Positions 24,771 to 42,573 of a stretch of 64,000 nucleotides of DNA are shown piece by piece. How positions within the stretch are numbered: position 1 is the stretch's first letter; the number at the start of each line of letters is the position of its first letter. The notes beneath the pieces were generated by a model. The model had not been told where the DNA came from, made no database searches, and saw only the letters and a list, made by a program, of their open reading frames with translations. Source of the stretch: Ramazzottius varieornatus (Eukaryota; Animalia; Tardigrada); assembly GCA_001949185.1 (NCBI GenBank), contig BDGG01000002.1, positions 3,531,826 through 3,595,825 of the forward strand, in the 5' to 3' direction. The position numbers and the translations under genes are program-made.

Positions 24771-26504
24771 CTAAGGTTTTTCGTGATGTCCGGTCGTTGA
24801 GTGCGGCTGGTACTGTTGACGAAAGCCAGCTGCCGTTTCCTTCGGCAACATTGTCGGTTCCCCTGTGGCTCTTTGTGAATCGTGTCTGTACTCGAGGTAG
24901 TGCAACAAAAGTCCCAAGAAGGTCATAGTAGTGAATCCAGCGCAAGACATATAGAATACGGGATCGTAGCTTTTGTACTTCGCCGCCAAGTAACCTGTGA
25001 CAAACCATCCACCCCCCGTCAGATACGTAGCAGTCTAGATATGCGAAAAGAACTCCCTTACCGCCAATAGGAGGCACTGACAAAACCGAAACACCATTGG
25101 CGAACTGAACCAGTCCCATGGCTGTCTGGAAACGTGGTGGAGGTATGATGTCCAATGTTACTGCTGTTATGGTCGCAATCCTAAGCCCGGTCATCAACCC
25201 CATTATCCCACATGTAACCCCTACAGCCGGATAGCTCCACACCGACGGGATAACAGCAGCACCGATCGCCGCAAAGAACGCTGACAGGTTGAAGACGCAA
25301 AACCTTACGTTCTTTGTCGCTGTTCTCTTGTTCAAATTCAACACCACGAACAGCACCCTTCCCCCAAAGCTGGTTAGTCCGCAGATACTGACCAACGTGG
25401 CGGCTTCCCCCGCTGTAAAGCCGCGGTACTCGGTCACGTGTCGCACGATGAATATGAGGAACAGAGGTATACCGAAGGAGAAGAAAGAAATGACGAGGTT
25501 GAGGACGGATCGGGGGTTGGTGAGTATGGAGCGGAGTGGGGACTGACCGCTGGCTGCGTGATGTGTCGAGTGGGACCGAGCGGAGAACGTCGCTCCGGTC
25601 GCGAGACAGTGGAGGACGACGCCGGAAAGAACAATGGCTCCACCGCGCCAACCGTAGCTGCTGACGAGGAACTGGACGAGAGGTGCGAGGACGAAGATGC
25701 CGAGGCCACCGCTGGCCATGAAGACCGCGGGAGCTAGCTGGCGATATTTGGAGAACCATAGTGGCAGGGCACCGATGGTTGGAATGAACACGATACAGTA
25801 GCCCAAACCTGTAGTAGGAAACCCCGTATAAAATCATGTCTTTTCCATATGCGAAAAACTTGAAGTCGATATACTGTAGTCTGTAAGAGTGCCCGTACTG
25901 CATATTATATTTCTATCTTCATTCACATGCAGGCTTTTCTAACTGCGATGCACAAGTAACTCGTCTCAGAGAAAAGGCATGTGTCACGCTGAAACGTTCA
26001 CTTTCCTACAAATCTTTCGCGATGACGGAATCCCTGCATCGTTAATGCTCACGGAGGTGAAATTATGATAATTCTTACCGTGTACGAAGCCGAAAGTGAC
26101 GAGAAGAGCCCAATAACTTTTAACGAAAGCGGAGCTGAACAAACCGGCGAACAGGATAAGTGCACCGATGCATATGGCTGCTCTCGTCCCGATCTTAACG
26201 GCCAGAAGCCCCGCAATAGGACCTGCATGGAAACATATACAAAACTTGCTTCATGCGCAACAGAATCGATATCCAGCAGATAAAAAAAGGTCCCACCTGC
26301 CAGGAAGAACATGGAATTCAACACGGCCACAATGCTGGCGGCTTGAGGACGACTGAGACTGAGATTGTCGATGAACTGCGAGTAGAAGATACCGGAGCTC
26401 ATCCGGATCCCATCCGAGATCACGATGACTACGCACGAGAAGAACAAGACGATCCATGCCCATCCTTTGTCCACGACGTCGGCACTTCCGTTTCCTGCCG
26501 ACAT
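24771..26504 (-). CDS. SLC16/monocarboxylate-transporter-family MFS protein, paralog B (4 exons)
   Basis: 'DKGWAWIVLFFSC…DGIRMS', 'WFSKYRQLAP', 'YGWRGGAIVLSG', 'PPIGG…YKSYDPVFY'; collinear with paralog A. Confidence 0.9.
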
Positions 26505-27127
26505 GTTTGGTGCCCTAAGGTTCACTTGCCCGTTTAGTTCGTGTCAACTCTCAGCATGCCGGTAACCGCTCTATTGCCATCTGCCACGTTCCAGCTGATG
26601 CAGTTTTCGCGCGCCTGGTGATTATAGCCATTCAGGTATAGTTTTTCGGTCCCGCTGGTAGACGGTTCGCCGATATGTTCATGGTGTTTATCTTCCAAAG
26701 TTTTACTACCTGTAATAAAAGCAACGTTTTACGTACGGTTGGAAAGAAATCGCTGATACTGTGCGTATAGTAGAGGCTTACCTAAGTTTCCTCATTCCTC
26801 ACTGACGGGCTACGACATCCTGGGTCCGAAAGAACTCTAGAAGTCTCCAGGATACAACTTCCGGTTCGTGCAACGCCATCTGCTTCATGAATGTGCACTG
26901 GGAGGTGTGGCAGTGACGTCGTCGGAAGTGGCTCTGGATAGAAAAACATGGACTGGTTATTGATTGGCTTGATTGGTTCATTTTTTCTGAGTGCGTACCG
27001 GTTATGCGATCTTGTCCCGCTGCCCGCAGCTGTGACATTAATTTTATCAACATTCCTTCTTACCAGACACCAAATTGGTTTTTTTCTTGCAGCTCAGGAC
27101 TTTTCCCCGACAATCGTGCACCTGAAG

Positions 27128-28353
27128 ATGACGCTGGAAGATGTAGCATGGAAAGCCTACGAGCTATTCTCCGCTCCGTCGTCCTTCCAGCGTCTGGAAA
27201 ACCCCGTCTTCTCGGACAAGTTGCGCGACTTGAGGAATATGTTCCATCGCGTGCAGCTGTCTGACCTAAAGTATGACGAAGCAAAGCTGAATAGGCTCAA
27301 GAAGAAGTCCGATATGATCTGGTACATGTCCATTGTTGACCACGAGGAGGACGAAATGCTGCAGGGGGACCAAGAAGATAACCACACGCCAGCAGCGGTT
27401 ATGACGATCGCTGCGTTCCTTCTCAAACCTGGCGCTCGTCTCCCCATCCATAATCACCCAAAGATGTACGGTATAATGAAGGTGCTTCATGGCCAGCTCA
27501 AACTGCAGTCCTACTCCTCCGTGAAATGCCTGGACAGTACGTCGAAAGGCCGAATGCCTCAGCTACTCGTCCGAAAATCAGATGTAAAATAAGTAAAATA
27601 ATAAGATTGAAGTTGATACTGACGCATGGCGTCATAGCGTTCGCGAGTGTAGGGGGCAGTTTATGCATGATAAGCTTACCCTTTGACGTCACGTTCTAGC
27701 ACTTCGCGTTCCACCTATCAGATTGTCATGTCAGAAGCCGTCTGACGTGACAACATATCAGAATGCTTTTCCCAGCTGGTTCATGACGTCAAATTAAACG
27801 TCACCCGCAGGACTGTGTTTTCCTGCCTTTTTTCTTCGGGCACACTGTCAGCTGGTGTAATTACTGTGGGTGTTCTTCCAGGCCCAGTCTGTGACACCGG
27901 ATATCTACCCGTTACTGATACACAGGAACAACGGGGACGTTCACGAAGTTTGCAACGAGACGGATGAAATGGCCGTTTTCATCGATATCCTGGCTCCACC
28001 TTACGACTTTCGCATACCTAACGGCGCTGAGCAGACCCACGCTCACCGCTACGTGTCATATTACCGTGAACTGGGTCCGGCATCGCCGGACGTACTCAAG
28101 GCTGCGACACTTGAAAACGTACCGAGGACCTCCAAGAGTAAGTCGACAGCAGTCACAGCAGATTAGTTAAACTCAACCCGTTGGTCTTTTGCGTACATAC
28201 GAATGTACCTTTCACCAACTTTATGTTTTACCAGGTGACCATGGTAGGATCAAAGAAACCGAGAATTATTACGTATTGGAAGAGATTAAATGCCCGGACT
28301 GGTATGAGACGGAACATCTGGAATACGAAGGACCTTCCTTGAACCGGCGATAG
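27128..28353 (+). CDS. ADO: 2-aminoethanethiol (cysteamine) dioxygenase, PCO/ADO family. Exons 27128-27583, 27882-28137, 28235-28353
   Basis: 'FLLKPGARLPIHNHPKMYGIMKVLHGQLKLQSY', 'GDVHEV…AVFIDILAPPYD…YY', C-terminal 'LEEIKCPDWY…YEGP'; three Fe-ligand His residues present. Confidence 0.9.
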
Positions 28354-31300
28354 GGCGCCATTTGGCCAGCTTTTACTTCCTTGTTGTGTACCATAACGCT
28401 TGCGCACTGCTTTTCAGATCTTTCTATACTTTTATGGAAATTCCATATTTGAAATATGTTCCTGAATGCTATAACACTCGCACGTTCTCGGTGTGAACCT
28501 TTCCTTTTGCTTTTCAGAAACTGCGCTTTTAATTTGAAAGTAAAATAAAGTATTTTATTTTCTAAGAAGTCATGCGTGCGATATGCTTTTGATTTTCCAG
28601 CAGCGCCGCCGCGCGCGTTTCTATTGTTAGTTATCGTCATTTTTTTTCGGACAGCTTTTTCCGTGCTTCTGTGGAGTACTGTAGTATACTATCTGCTCAA
28701 TTATGTCTCCTGTACAGCACTGCACGCTCTTGAATAGAACTGCCCTCAAGTCTGCTTCCGCTCGGCACGACTGGCAATTCCTGGTGGCACACGTGCCAGA
28801 AAAACACGTTCCGGTTTCCGTAAACCTATTTTCTGACCTCTTGTCACGGCCAAGCAAGGCTGAATAGGGCGAAGGAGAGACCCTGCTGAGGTCTTGCGCT
28901 GGGACAGTAAATGGCTGCCTGCGTAACTTCTGGTTCCTGACTTTGGACTTCGTGGACTTGACGGTATTTCGGTCAATCCAGCACGTGTAAAGACCTAGAT
29001 GCGGCACCGGATGAGGATGCGTGTAAGCGGAAACCAAATGATGCTTCTCTTCCGAGATCGCGGATTGAACAGTATTCCTACACCAAGCTAATGCCGGTTC
29101 CTCACTACGGCCTCGAGAGAACTTGAAGATTCTTTGTAAGGGCACGTGAACCGAAAACAACTTGACAATACTGTCCATTCCTCGGAATGTTCGTGGCAGA
29201 TCCGGTGCGCCTATGATAGACTGGCCAGAGCAGTGCTTTGCGAGGTATACAGGCATCTCCAACTGAACAAAGACGTGTTGGTTTGGAAGGGCTTTGGATG
29301 TCTACAGTGTACGCCCAATTCACAGCAAACTCGTTGAGATTCTCTGTCTTTCGTGCCCAACACGAGACCAACAGAATGGGAGCATCTTGGGAAAATCCTT
29401 ACGAACTTGGCGCATAATTAGCGCTCGTTGCGAATGCATGCGTAGATCATTCATCTATTTACAGTATGACACTTCCGCGTCTTGGACCGCAATAACGAGA
29501 AGGAACTCTAAGAACGAAGCTACAGCTGCCTGACCGGTGATGTAAGTTTTCCGCCAGCTCATCGCTCTCCTTGTTTTTTCGTGACCGGTTTCTTGGTATG
29601 CAGCTGATCCGAGACAAGTTCTCGGCAGAACCGACACCGCATGCTGAGAAACGCCCTTCAAATCTGCTAATCCTTCTGACTAACACAGGCAATAAAAGCA
29701 CGGCTTGGGTCTTTTTTCGGTTCTGCTGTGATAAATCTGTTGCTCTATTCGGGTCTTGGACGGGTTGTTTTTGGAAACTATTTCCACGCTCTATACAGTA
29801 GTCGTGTACCGGAAGTACCGAGGAATCCATCTAGCGGTCACGTTGAAGGACTTTTGTTTGCGAAGGGCAGTTCTTCCGCTGAGTACAGGCGTTTGCACAG
29901 TGAACATAAATGCATGGTAGATACTGTAGATCGAGAAAATGTTGCTGAATAAAACATGGCACCCGCGTATTCCGGGACCCACCCGAGTCACCGGAACGTA
30001 AGTAGGCCTACGTAGTCAGGCAAAGGGCATACCTAAACCGGAACCAAATATAGTTCATGCAAAGCGCGCATACGAGAAAGTTTATTTTGTACGATGGTAC
30101 CAAAACAGAAATCGTCAATATCGAGAATGTTCCATATCGAATATTCATACGCAATATTACGAAGTTAGTACATATGAAATAAGATTATGAAAACAGTCAC
30201 ATTAGTTTTTGACTGCGTTGCGACTTGCCCCTCGGCGGAACGGTCAAAACCTGCCTCTACGAAGTGGCGCACATCTTTGATGTGATGGGTTTCAGCGGCC
30301 CGATTTCCAGAACATTATTTTCGCTACCAAATGACCCTTTTCCGATATGAAGTTTGGGAGAATATTCAGGGGCATCGGGTGGTGGCTTTGCCCTACCTCG
30401 CCGTGGCTCAAAATCACAAAACATTGTTCGCCCTTTCTGGAAGATGTCCCGGGAGACTTTAGGGGCGATTAACAGCTGAAATACCCCATCCTGAAGGTTT
30501 GGTGTCAAAACGATTGTATGTGTAGTCTTACGCTGTGGGACGTCATTCTGATTTCAAAATGTTTTCGGACAAAAGTTCCAGCCCCTTTGGATCTTCCTGA
30601 CGTGACCGTTTGACCAGTGGACAGTTGGTCAAATGGCTTCAGCTTCCGGATCCTCGACGTTTGGTCATGTTACCTCATCAGCAGTTCAAAAGGCCCCTGG
30701 GATGCCAGGACTTCAAAACCGATTCCTGAACAATCGTGATATTAGTCAATGTTTCAGATAGTGGACCGCCGAAACCCTAATATTGATCACACCTTTCGCG
30801 CCCATGTTACGCGGTCTGGCAGTACGTCACCGCTTTAACCTGGGTAAGTCTTCTGCGTACGTCGCTTAGTTGAAAAGCCACAAATGCATTGTCGACTGAG
30901 CCATTTGGACACACGATTACCCCCGAACAAATGAGGGTACCTGTAATAGGGATGAACGACATTTTCTTGTACATTAAGCTTTATAATCCAACGTTTCTGG
31001 GCAGTGAGCTTGGCTTTTCCCTTAGGCACACATGCGTCTTCGAACCCCGAATATACTAGAATCCAGGAATTAAACAATCTGTGACGCAGCGACGATTTCT
31101 TGGAGTTCAAATTCATTGAAATCTTCCCTTTGCAATATTGGAATATATTTAACCGTTTCCTGGCTCGATGCCCGAGGGGATAGGTGTTACCACAGCAGGC
31201 TGGGGTTGACTTCAGGCTTAATCAAGAGCCTAACTCGAAACAGTGGGGCTGTTGGGTTGTTAGGGACGTTTTTGCTTGTGGGTTAGTACGTATTTTTTCA

Positions 31301-33682
31301 TGAGTTTGGCCTTCCAGTCATGTGATCTCTGGATTTCTCCTCCTAAGGGAACCTAAGGGATGATGCCCGCAAGAGTATTGTTCAGAACATCTTTCTGAGC
31401 GGGACTGAGCGATTGGTTTTCGTGGAACGAGGAATCGTTATAAACTATGCTTCCTCGTGTATTCTTACGCCTTATATAAGCCTTAAATTTAATCATTTGA
31501 AAAGCGAGCAGAAGAACCGAAGCAGATCGTTTCCACAAGTGGCGTACAGTTTCAACCGTCAATACCGAAGACGTACGCCACCTGCGAAAGCAATCAAACT
31601 CAACAGGATAACCTTCCCAACTGCCGCACATTTCCAGCCAATAGCAGCGGAAAAGTGCGCCACACGAAGAAAACGCTCCGGTTCGATCCACTCACCCACG
31701 TCCCATTTTCTATTTGTTGATGAAGATGAGTATTCACATGAAGCGTTCTACATATACACGTGTTACATTCACTGAAGTATGGAAAATGTCTCCGCCCAGT
31801 AACAAGTTGTTCCATGGTACCGTCTGACCATGCACTTGACTTGTGTGATTGTAATTGACGCCGCTGAGTCAGTGGAGTAGCTGGGATGGGAAACATGCAT
31901 TTATGACAGGTACACATGGCTTCCGAGTTGAAAACTGGGCGGAACACCATCGGTGAGTAAGATGATTATTAGGCTTCCAGCTTATACACGTGTGGCGTAC
32001 TGCCCCGGTCACGGCACAGCATGCGCCGGAATCTTGGATAAAATATGCAGCGTAAGGGCTGGGACAGCCGGGGATGACACATTTCCATGCAGACATACCT
32101 GTATACGACGTCATTGCCATGTTCCACCCTTGAGAATTCATTCACAGATTCCCATGCAGGTATCTAGCCCTGCCGTGTACGTAATATTACGCCATAGCGG
32201 TAAGCCGCTTAATCGATATCCCACATTAACGGCCGTGAGAACAAAAGCAGGGAACCGCCTTAAGGCTTTATTCCAACGCTATGGACTGGGATGTACGATG
32301 TACCTGTATGTGATGTACGCTCAATCTACGCCTTTCTACCGTCAATAATTTATTTTCCGGATTAAGGCCCAAACATAACAAGCTCCAATAGACGAACAAG
32401 CAAACGGGAGGAAGCCAACCATAAAAAGGTGAATGCTTGAGATTCATCTTTCACTCCTTCCCCTTCGGCTATAGGGAGAAACATTTTAATTAAATTGTAG
32501 TACCCTCAAGATCCCCTTGACTCCTCTAATATCCAGCCTCACATCCACTACAGTTCTAAAGTGACGCGAACTGCCGGTCTTCCTGTTTCCGGTCTTCGAA
32601 CTGAACCTGACGATCCCGAATTTATAAGTTTTGTCTCATGGATGATTTTGCGCCACTTCTCGTGAGGATACCACAGGTTTGAAGGAGCTTGTTGACCTTC
32701 ACCGACCCTGTTATCTTCTTGATGCTTCGGTGTACAAAGTGCCGCCACCTATCAGGAACCGTCGAGTCGCCGGTCGAGCTCGACAGAACTCCGCAGCGAT
32801 TGCCGTACGTGAAGTGGGGAGGATGATATTTCTCCATCTTCTGTCAGAACTGTCCCTGTATTTTACCTGGATAGATCCAAGAGGATCCTCGAGGTAAGCC
32901 CCAAACCTGGTCGACATTTCAAGCCGAAGGGACTCCATCGCGCTGGAAGATAACCTGCAATGTGCGGTTGGGGCTTGGCTGTTCGTTATAGTTGAATCTG
33001 CTCTGGATTCAATCAAATACATGGGGTAAAACAATGAAATGATAAAGATGATCTGAGACTAACCTAGTACCCTACATGTTTCTGTAAAACGCTGAACGGA
33101 TGTTAACGCAATGTAATCAAATCAGGGTAACGAACGCTCGTCTCCCTAACTTGGTTAGCGGGTGGTTACACCCGGAAGTTTCGAAGAGTTTTGGATACGG
33201 GAAGTATCTCGATTGAAAAACAAGTCTACTCGTTTTGCGCGGATCGTTTTGCGTTTTCCTAAGTGGCGCAGGATCTCGGTCGATTGCAATAGATATATGC
33301 GCCAGTCGAGACATCGTTCCGGGTAAAATCATTTGCCGACGTCGCATCTACTGGTATCGCAACATAACGCAAGGGCGGTCTGGCACGCGTGGTCATCTGC
33401 CGTTGTATACAGGATGGGGGCAAAAGTGAGCATATTAGTCATCCAAAGGTAAACAGGATAAAAGGATTAAGCGGCGTGTCAGTGATACCTGTGAATCTTA
33501 TAATACTTCCGGGTTCCGCATACCTCTATCGTGCGTCGCCCACTCAAAATACTAACATGGAAGTTTCCTTTGAAAACCACACCAAACTATTCTGAAGCTA
33601 TTCAACATCCAGTTGACCGGCACCGCACTAACTTAACCACATGCTGGTCCAAGGAGGGTGAGAATTTATGAAGAAGTACACC

Positions 33683-33883
33683 CACGTACGAAGAGAAATT
33701 ATGGACCAATAAAGATTATGACCAGGCCTTTTCGCTATGGCGACACTGAAGTACGTATGTACTGTACGAGTGCAATTGACATTAATGCGCTTTTCGACAC
33801 TTTTCTGCGGTTAGAAAATCAGTTTGCCGTATTTTCCGCCTGGCCCATAATTTGTACTGGCACAAAATTTCTCTTGGTACGCG
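33683..33883. mobile_element. Tc1/mariner-like MITE, family A copy 2 (degenerate)
   Basis: Shares CAGGCCTTTTCGCTA, TTTTCGACACTTTTCT and TTGCCGT..TTTCCGCCTG blocks plus imperfect TIRs with 18642-18831. Confidence 0.7.
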
Positions 33884-34792
33884 TACTGTAATCAACGCTT
33901 AAAAGAAAGAAGGAAGACTCAAGGTTGGTTGGGGCAAAGGTATTCCCAACAGAGTCGCATGTCTTAAATAACATCAATCATTAGTTAATATCGTGAGAAG
34001 GACTATTAGTTCTCCTCACGATGTATAGCTCCTTGTTTATGGATGAACATCTTGGCTTTTGTACGAGTCAATTGATGACGCACATCCTTACGCGCAGTAC
34101 TTCCCACAGCTTTCCAGTATCCCAAAGGTTGTGGAACGATGTTTCGCGCAGCCGGGAAAATACCTGTAAGTTTCGAATACGTATAATTGTGTCAATAAGT
34201 CACTACTCCGAAGAATTTGGCTGGGGCATGAGGACAGGCAAAAGTGATATCGATATAATACTGATATGTGATATGTGTGAAACGGGTGTAAAAAAACATG
34301 GCCACAAGTGGGTGTACAAGTGTGACAAACGTCGTAGGCGGATGGCCGGCGATGCCACAGTGGCTTCATCCGCGTACCGGTGAAGCTTGTAGGACAACTA
34401 CACGTGAAACGGTCTCGCTGGCTGAGCACGGCTATGAGAACCAATTACAGTTGGTCATCATTGCCGCACACCTTCTCGACTTACATTACACGTCGGCAAA
34501 TCACCGCAAAATATTGTCGTCGCTTTTGCGCAACTTCATGTAACAACTTTTGTATACGGCTTCTCTATCATACGCATATCGCATGCTTCTCACATATCAC
34601 TCATACAGCCAGACCAACTTCTCGTTTCAATCGTGGCTCTTCATCACAACTCCGCTCTGACTTTCTACGACTGTTCTCGGTTTAAAGTTTTCGATATCCT
34701 GCTTTGGCTGAAAGGTCATCGATGTCAGAAGTTTGAAATAGTTTTCACTGAGTTAGTTCACTTTACTGTAGTGGACAACCGCAGCTGATGGA

Positions 34793-40206
<5,414 letters not shown>

Positions 40207-41272
40207 AGGATGACACGCACCACCATGCCTGCCGCACAACAACAAGTTGAAATCGGTGAACCATCCCAACGTACAAAGTGTGGACTGAGATACTGCTGGA
40301 AATATTGTTATAATATATTTTTCACCGGTACGGAAAAATCGTTATAAGAATGCACGTGATCACTGATGCCCGTCCTTATTTTATGAAATTTAATTTACAA
40401 AAATTCTTTTGCATCTTTTCAAATCATTTTATTACTGCATTTTGTGCAAGTTTGCATTTTATCCAAGTCTGCATTTTTTGCTGTCTTACCGTTTCAAGGC
40501 TCTGTGAGCTGCCGTGCGCTGTGCTGTGTCTATTCGACAACTGCAAGAAGCAAACAATATGCGGCCAAGGAAGTCAGCTCTCAGCAGAAAGAAACGATCG
40601 AAGTTAACCTATTTATCTAATTGTAAAACACTACGGGCACGCCTAAAAACCCCCTTTGGCTATAGGCAACCCTGTTTATTAATTCAACACTTAGGAAACC
40701 CTAGTCCGACAAACAGCTATTCACACCCCGATTCAATGCGGAACTGAGGATTTTTCACGGAATCAACTGGTCTCTTTCCAAGAAGGTCATCGAGTTCTAG
40801 ACGTATAGCGGCTTTGTTTATTAGTACTGTCGTCCACCCGCTATCGGTCTTCGGCCACGGCGATGGTCGCTCCATCAGTACGTTCTTGTCTAAACTACAT
40901 TAGCGAACCATTCGCGTTGTTCGGGTCTTTTGGCAAACATTATCCAACCATGAAACCAGTAATCAATGGGCCACATAAGCTAATCCCGTAACTGGTCAGG
41001 TTGTAACTGGACGGTACTCCATGGTTCCCATCAGTTCACCTACACCAGGAAGTTTACAAGTAATGTGGGGCATGGTTTGCTCAGACTGAACAAAATCGGG
41101 CATTTGCCAACTTGATCTATCGTAGTTCAAGTTCGGACAAGAAAAGAACAGACAAGTGTTTAATATGTTGAAATAAAGAGACCCGATGTTGAGAACACGA
41201 TTTTGAGTCTTTAGTAGTATTTCACAAAAGAGGTGTTCGATTCTACGGACTGAACCAGGGAGGAGAATACAA

Positions 41273-42146
41273 CAGTGTTGTATTTAGTTTTAGTCGGCGA
41301 CCGATAAAATATCAATTCTCAAACCATTTTCAGTTCCAGTTCCGGGACAACAGACCGGATCAACAGTCTAGTCCCTCGATCGGACTGATACTGAAAACAC
41401 AGAGACTGATTCGCCCAGGCAGCGACTAAACTACTGATACAGCGAGAAGGGACTGAAACTCCTATGTGGAGGACTGAAACCGATTTGCACTGGATATCAT
41501 GCAGTCTCAGTCTAGGGACTGAAACTGAAAGACATGAGATACAAGTTTCAGTCTCTAAGACTAACGTTAGTCTCCCCGTCTCCGCATTTCCCCTGTTAAC
41601 AGGAGAAATGCGGGAACACTCTTGCCGAATCCTTGCATGGAGTTTCCGTTTTCCCAGAGATAGAGGAGGAATCCCGGGCACCTTTAGGAGGCGTCACGAT
41701 CGGCGAAACACCACTTCGTAAGGTGGGAAATTTTTGGAATGTGTGGCGAAGGCGTTTCAAAATTCTTTCGAGTTGAAAAATGTTACTCCGCCGACAACGA
41801 GGCTTCATGGTGGTACTTGGATATATATGCATCCTCTATTTTGGGGCAACGAAAGGCAGATGATTCGAGGAGGGCCCTCCCGCACTTCACTGATATCCCC
41901 TACATTACAGTTCAGTCCGCCAGACTGAGACCGATACACTTTGCGAATCAGTCTAGTCTTTGGACCAAGAGTGATATTTCTGGAAGATTCAACTTTATCA
42001 GTCTAACTTGGACTCGTTTACTGTAGAAAGATGCCCGGCGCTCAATTCAGTCCAGTCGGACTAAACTGAGGTATTTCGGGGGTTAATCTTCAGCAGTCCG
42101 ACGAGACTTGGGACTAAATGCGGGACTGAAACTGAATACGACACTG
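41273..42146. mobile_element. Non-autonomous hAT-like DNA element between the EGR and WDR1 3' ends
   Basis: 23-bp TIR CAGTGTTGTATTTAGTTTTAGTC vs GACTGAAACTGAATACGACACTG (20/23 match); many subterminal GACTGAAAC/CAGTC motifs; 8-bp TSD not recognisable. Confidence 0.65.
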
Positions 42147-42573
42147 GACACACAAGTCCCGTTCGAGGTGTGAGGTTCCCGCTTATGCCTGCCTGTTTAT
42201 AAACAGAGCCTGCCGACAACAGAAGGAAGAACAAGACTACTGGAACCAATTCTCGTTTTTCAAGACGCAACAGAACATGTGTGTAAAAAATCAAAGCAAT
42301 AAAAAAGGCACGCCGAAGTCAGAAGGTATTAGTGGCATTAGTGAACAGCTGCAGTCTGCTGAGAAATCATCACAATGAACGTTAGTCGATAAAATACAAA
42401 AGTCTCTATTTTTAACATTTGAAATGCGATTGCTTGTTGAATTGCATGACAGCTGAAACACAGTTCCAAAAAATTCCATAATGGTTTACACTTTCCCATT
42501 TCAAGCCAACGAAGCTTTCAGGTTACCGGATGAAAGTACTGATGTACTCATGGGAGATTTGGTGTGAAGAAGG

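Noticed and set aside
28627-29262. 211-aa minus-strand ORF
   Set aside because: No motifs and no supporting splice structure; probably a chance ORF.
29000-34790. CArG/SRE boxes expected upstream of EGR
   Set aside because: No perfect CC(A/T)6GG was noticed by eye, only near-matches such as ~31470.
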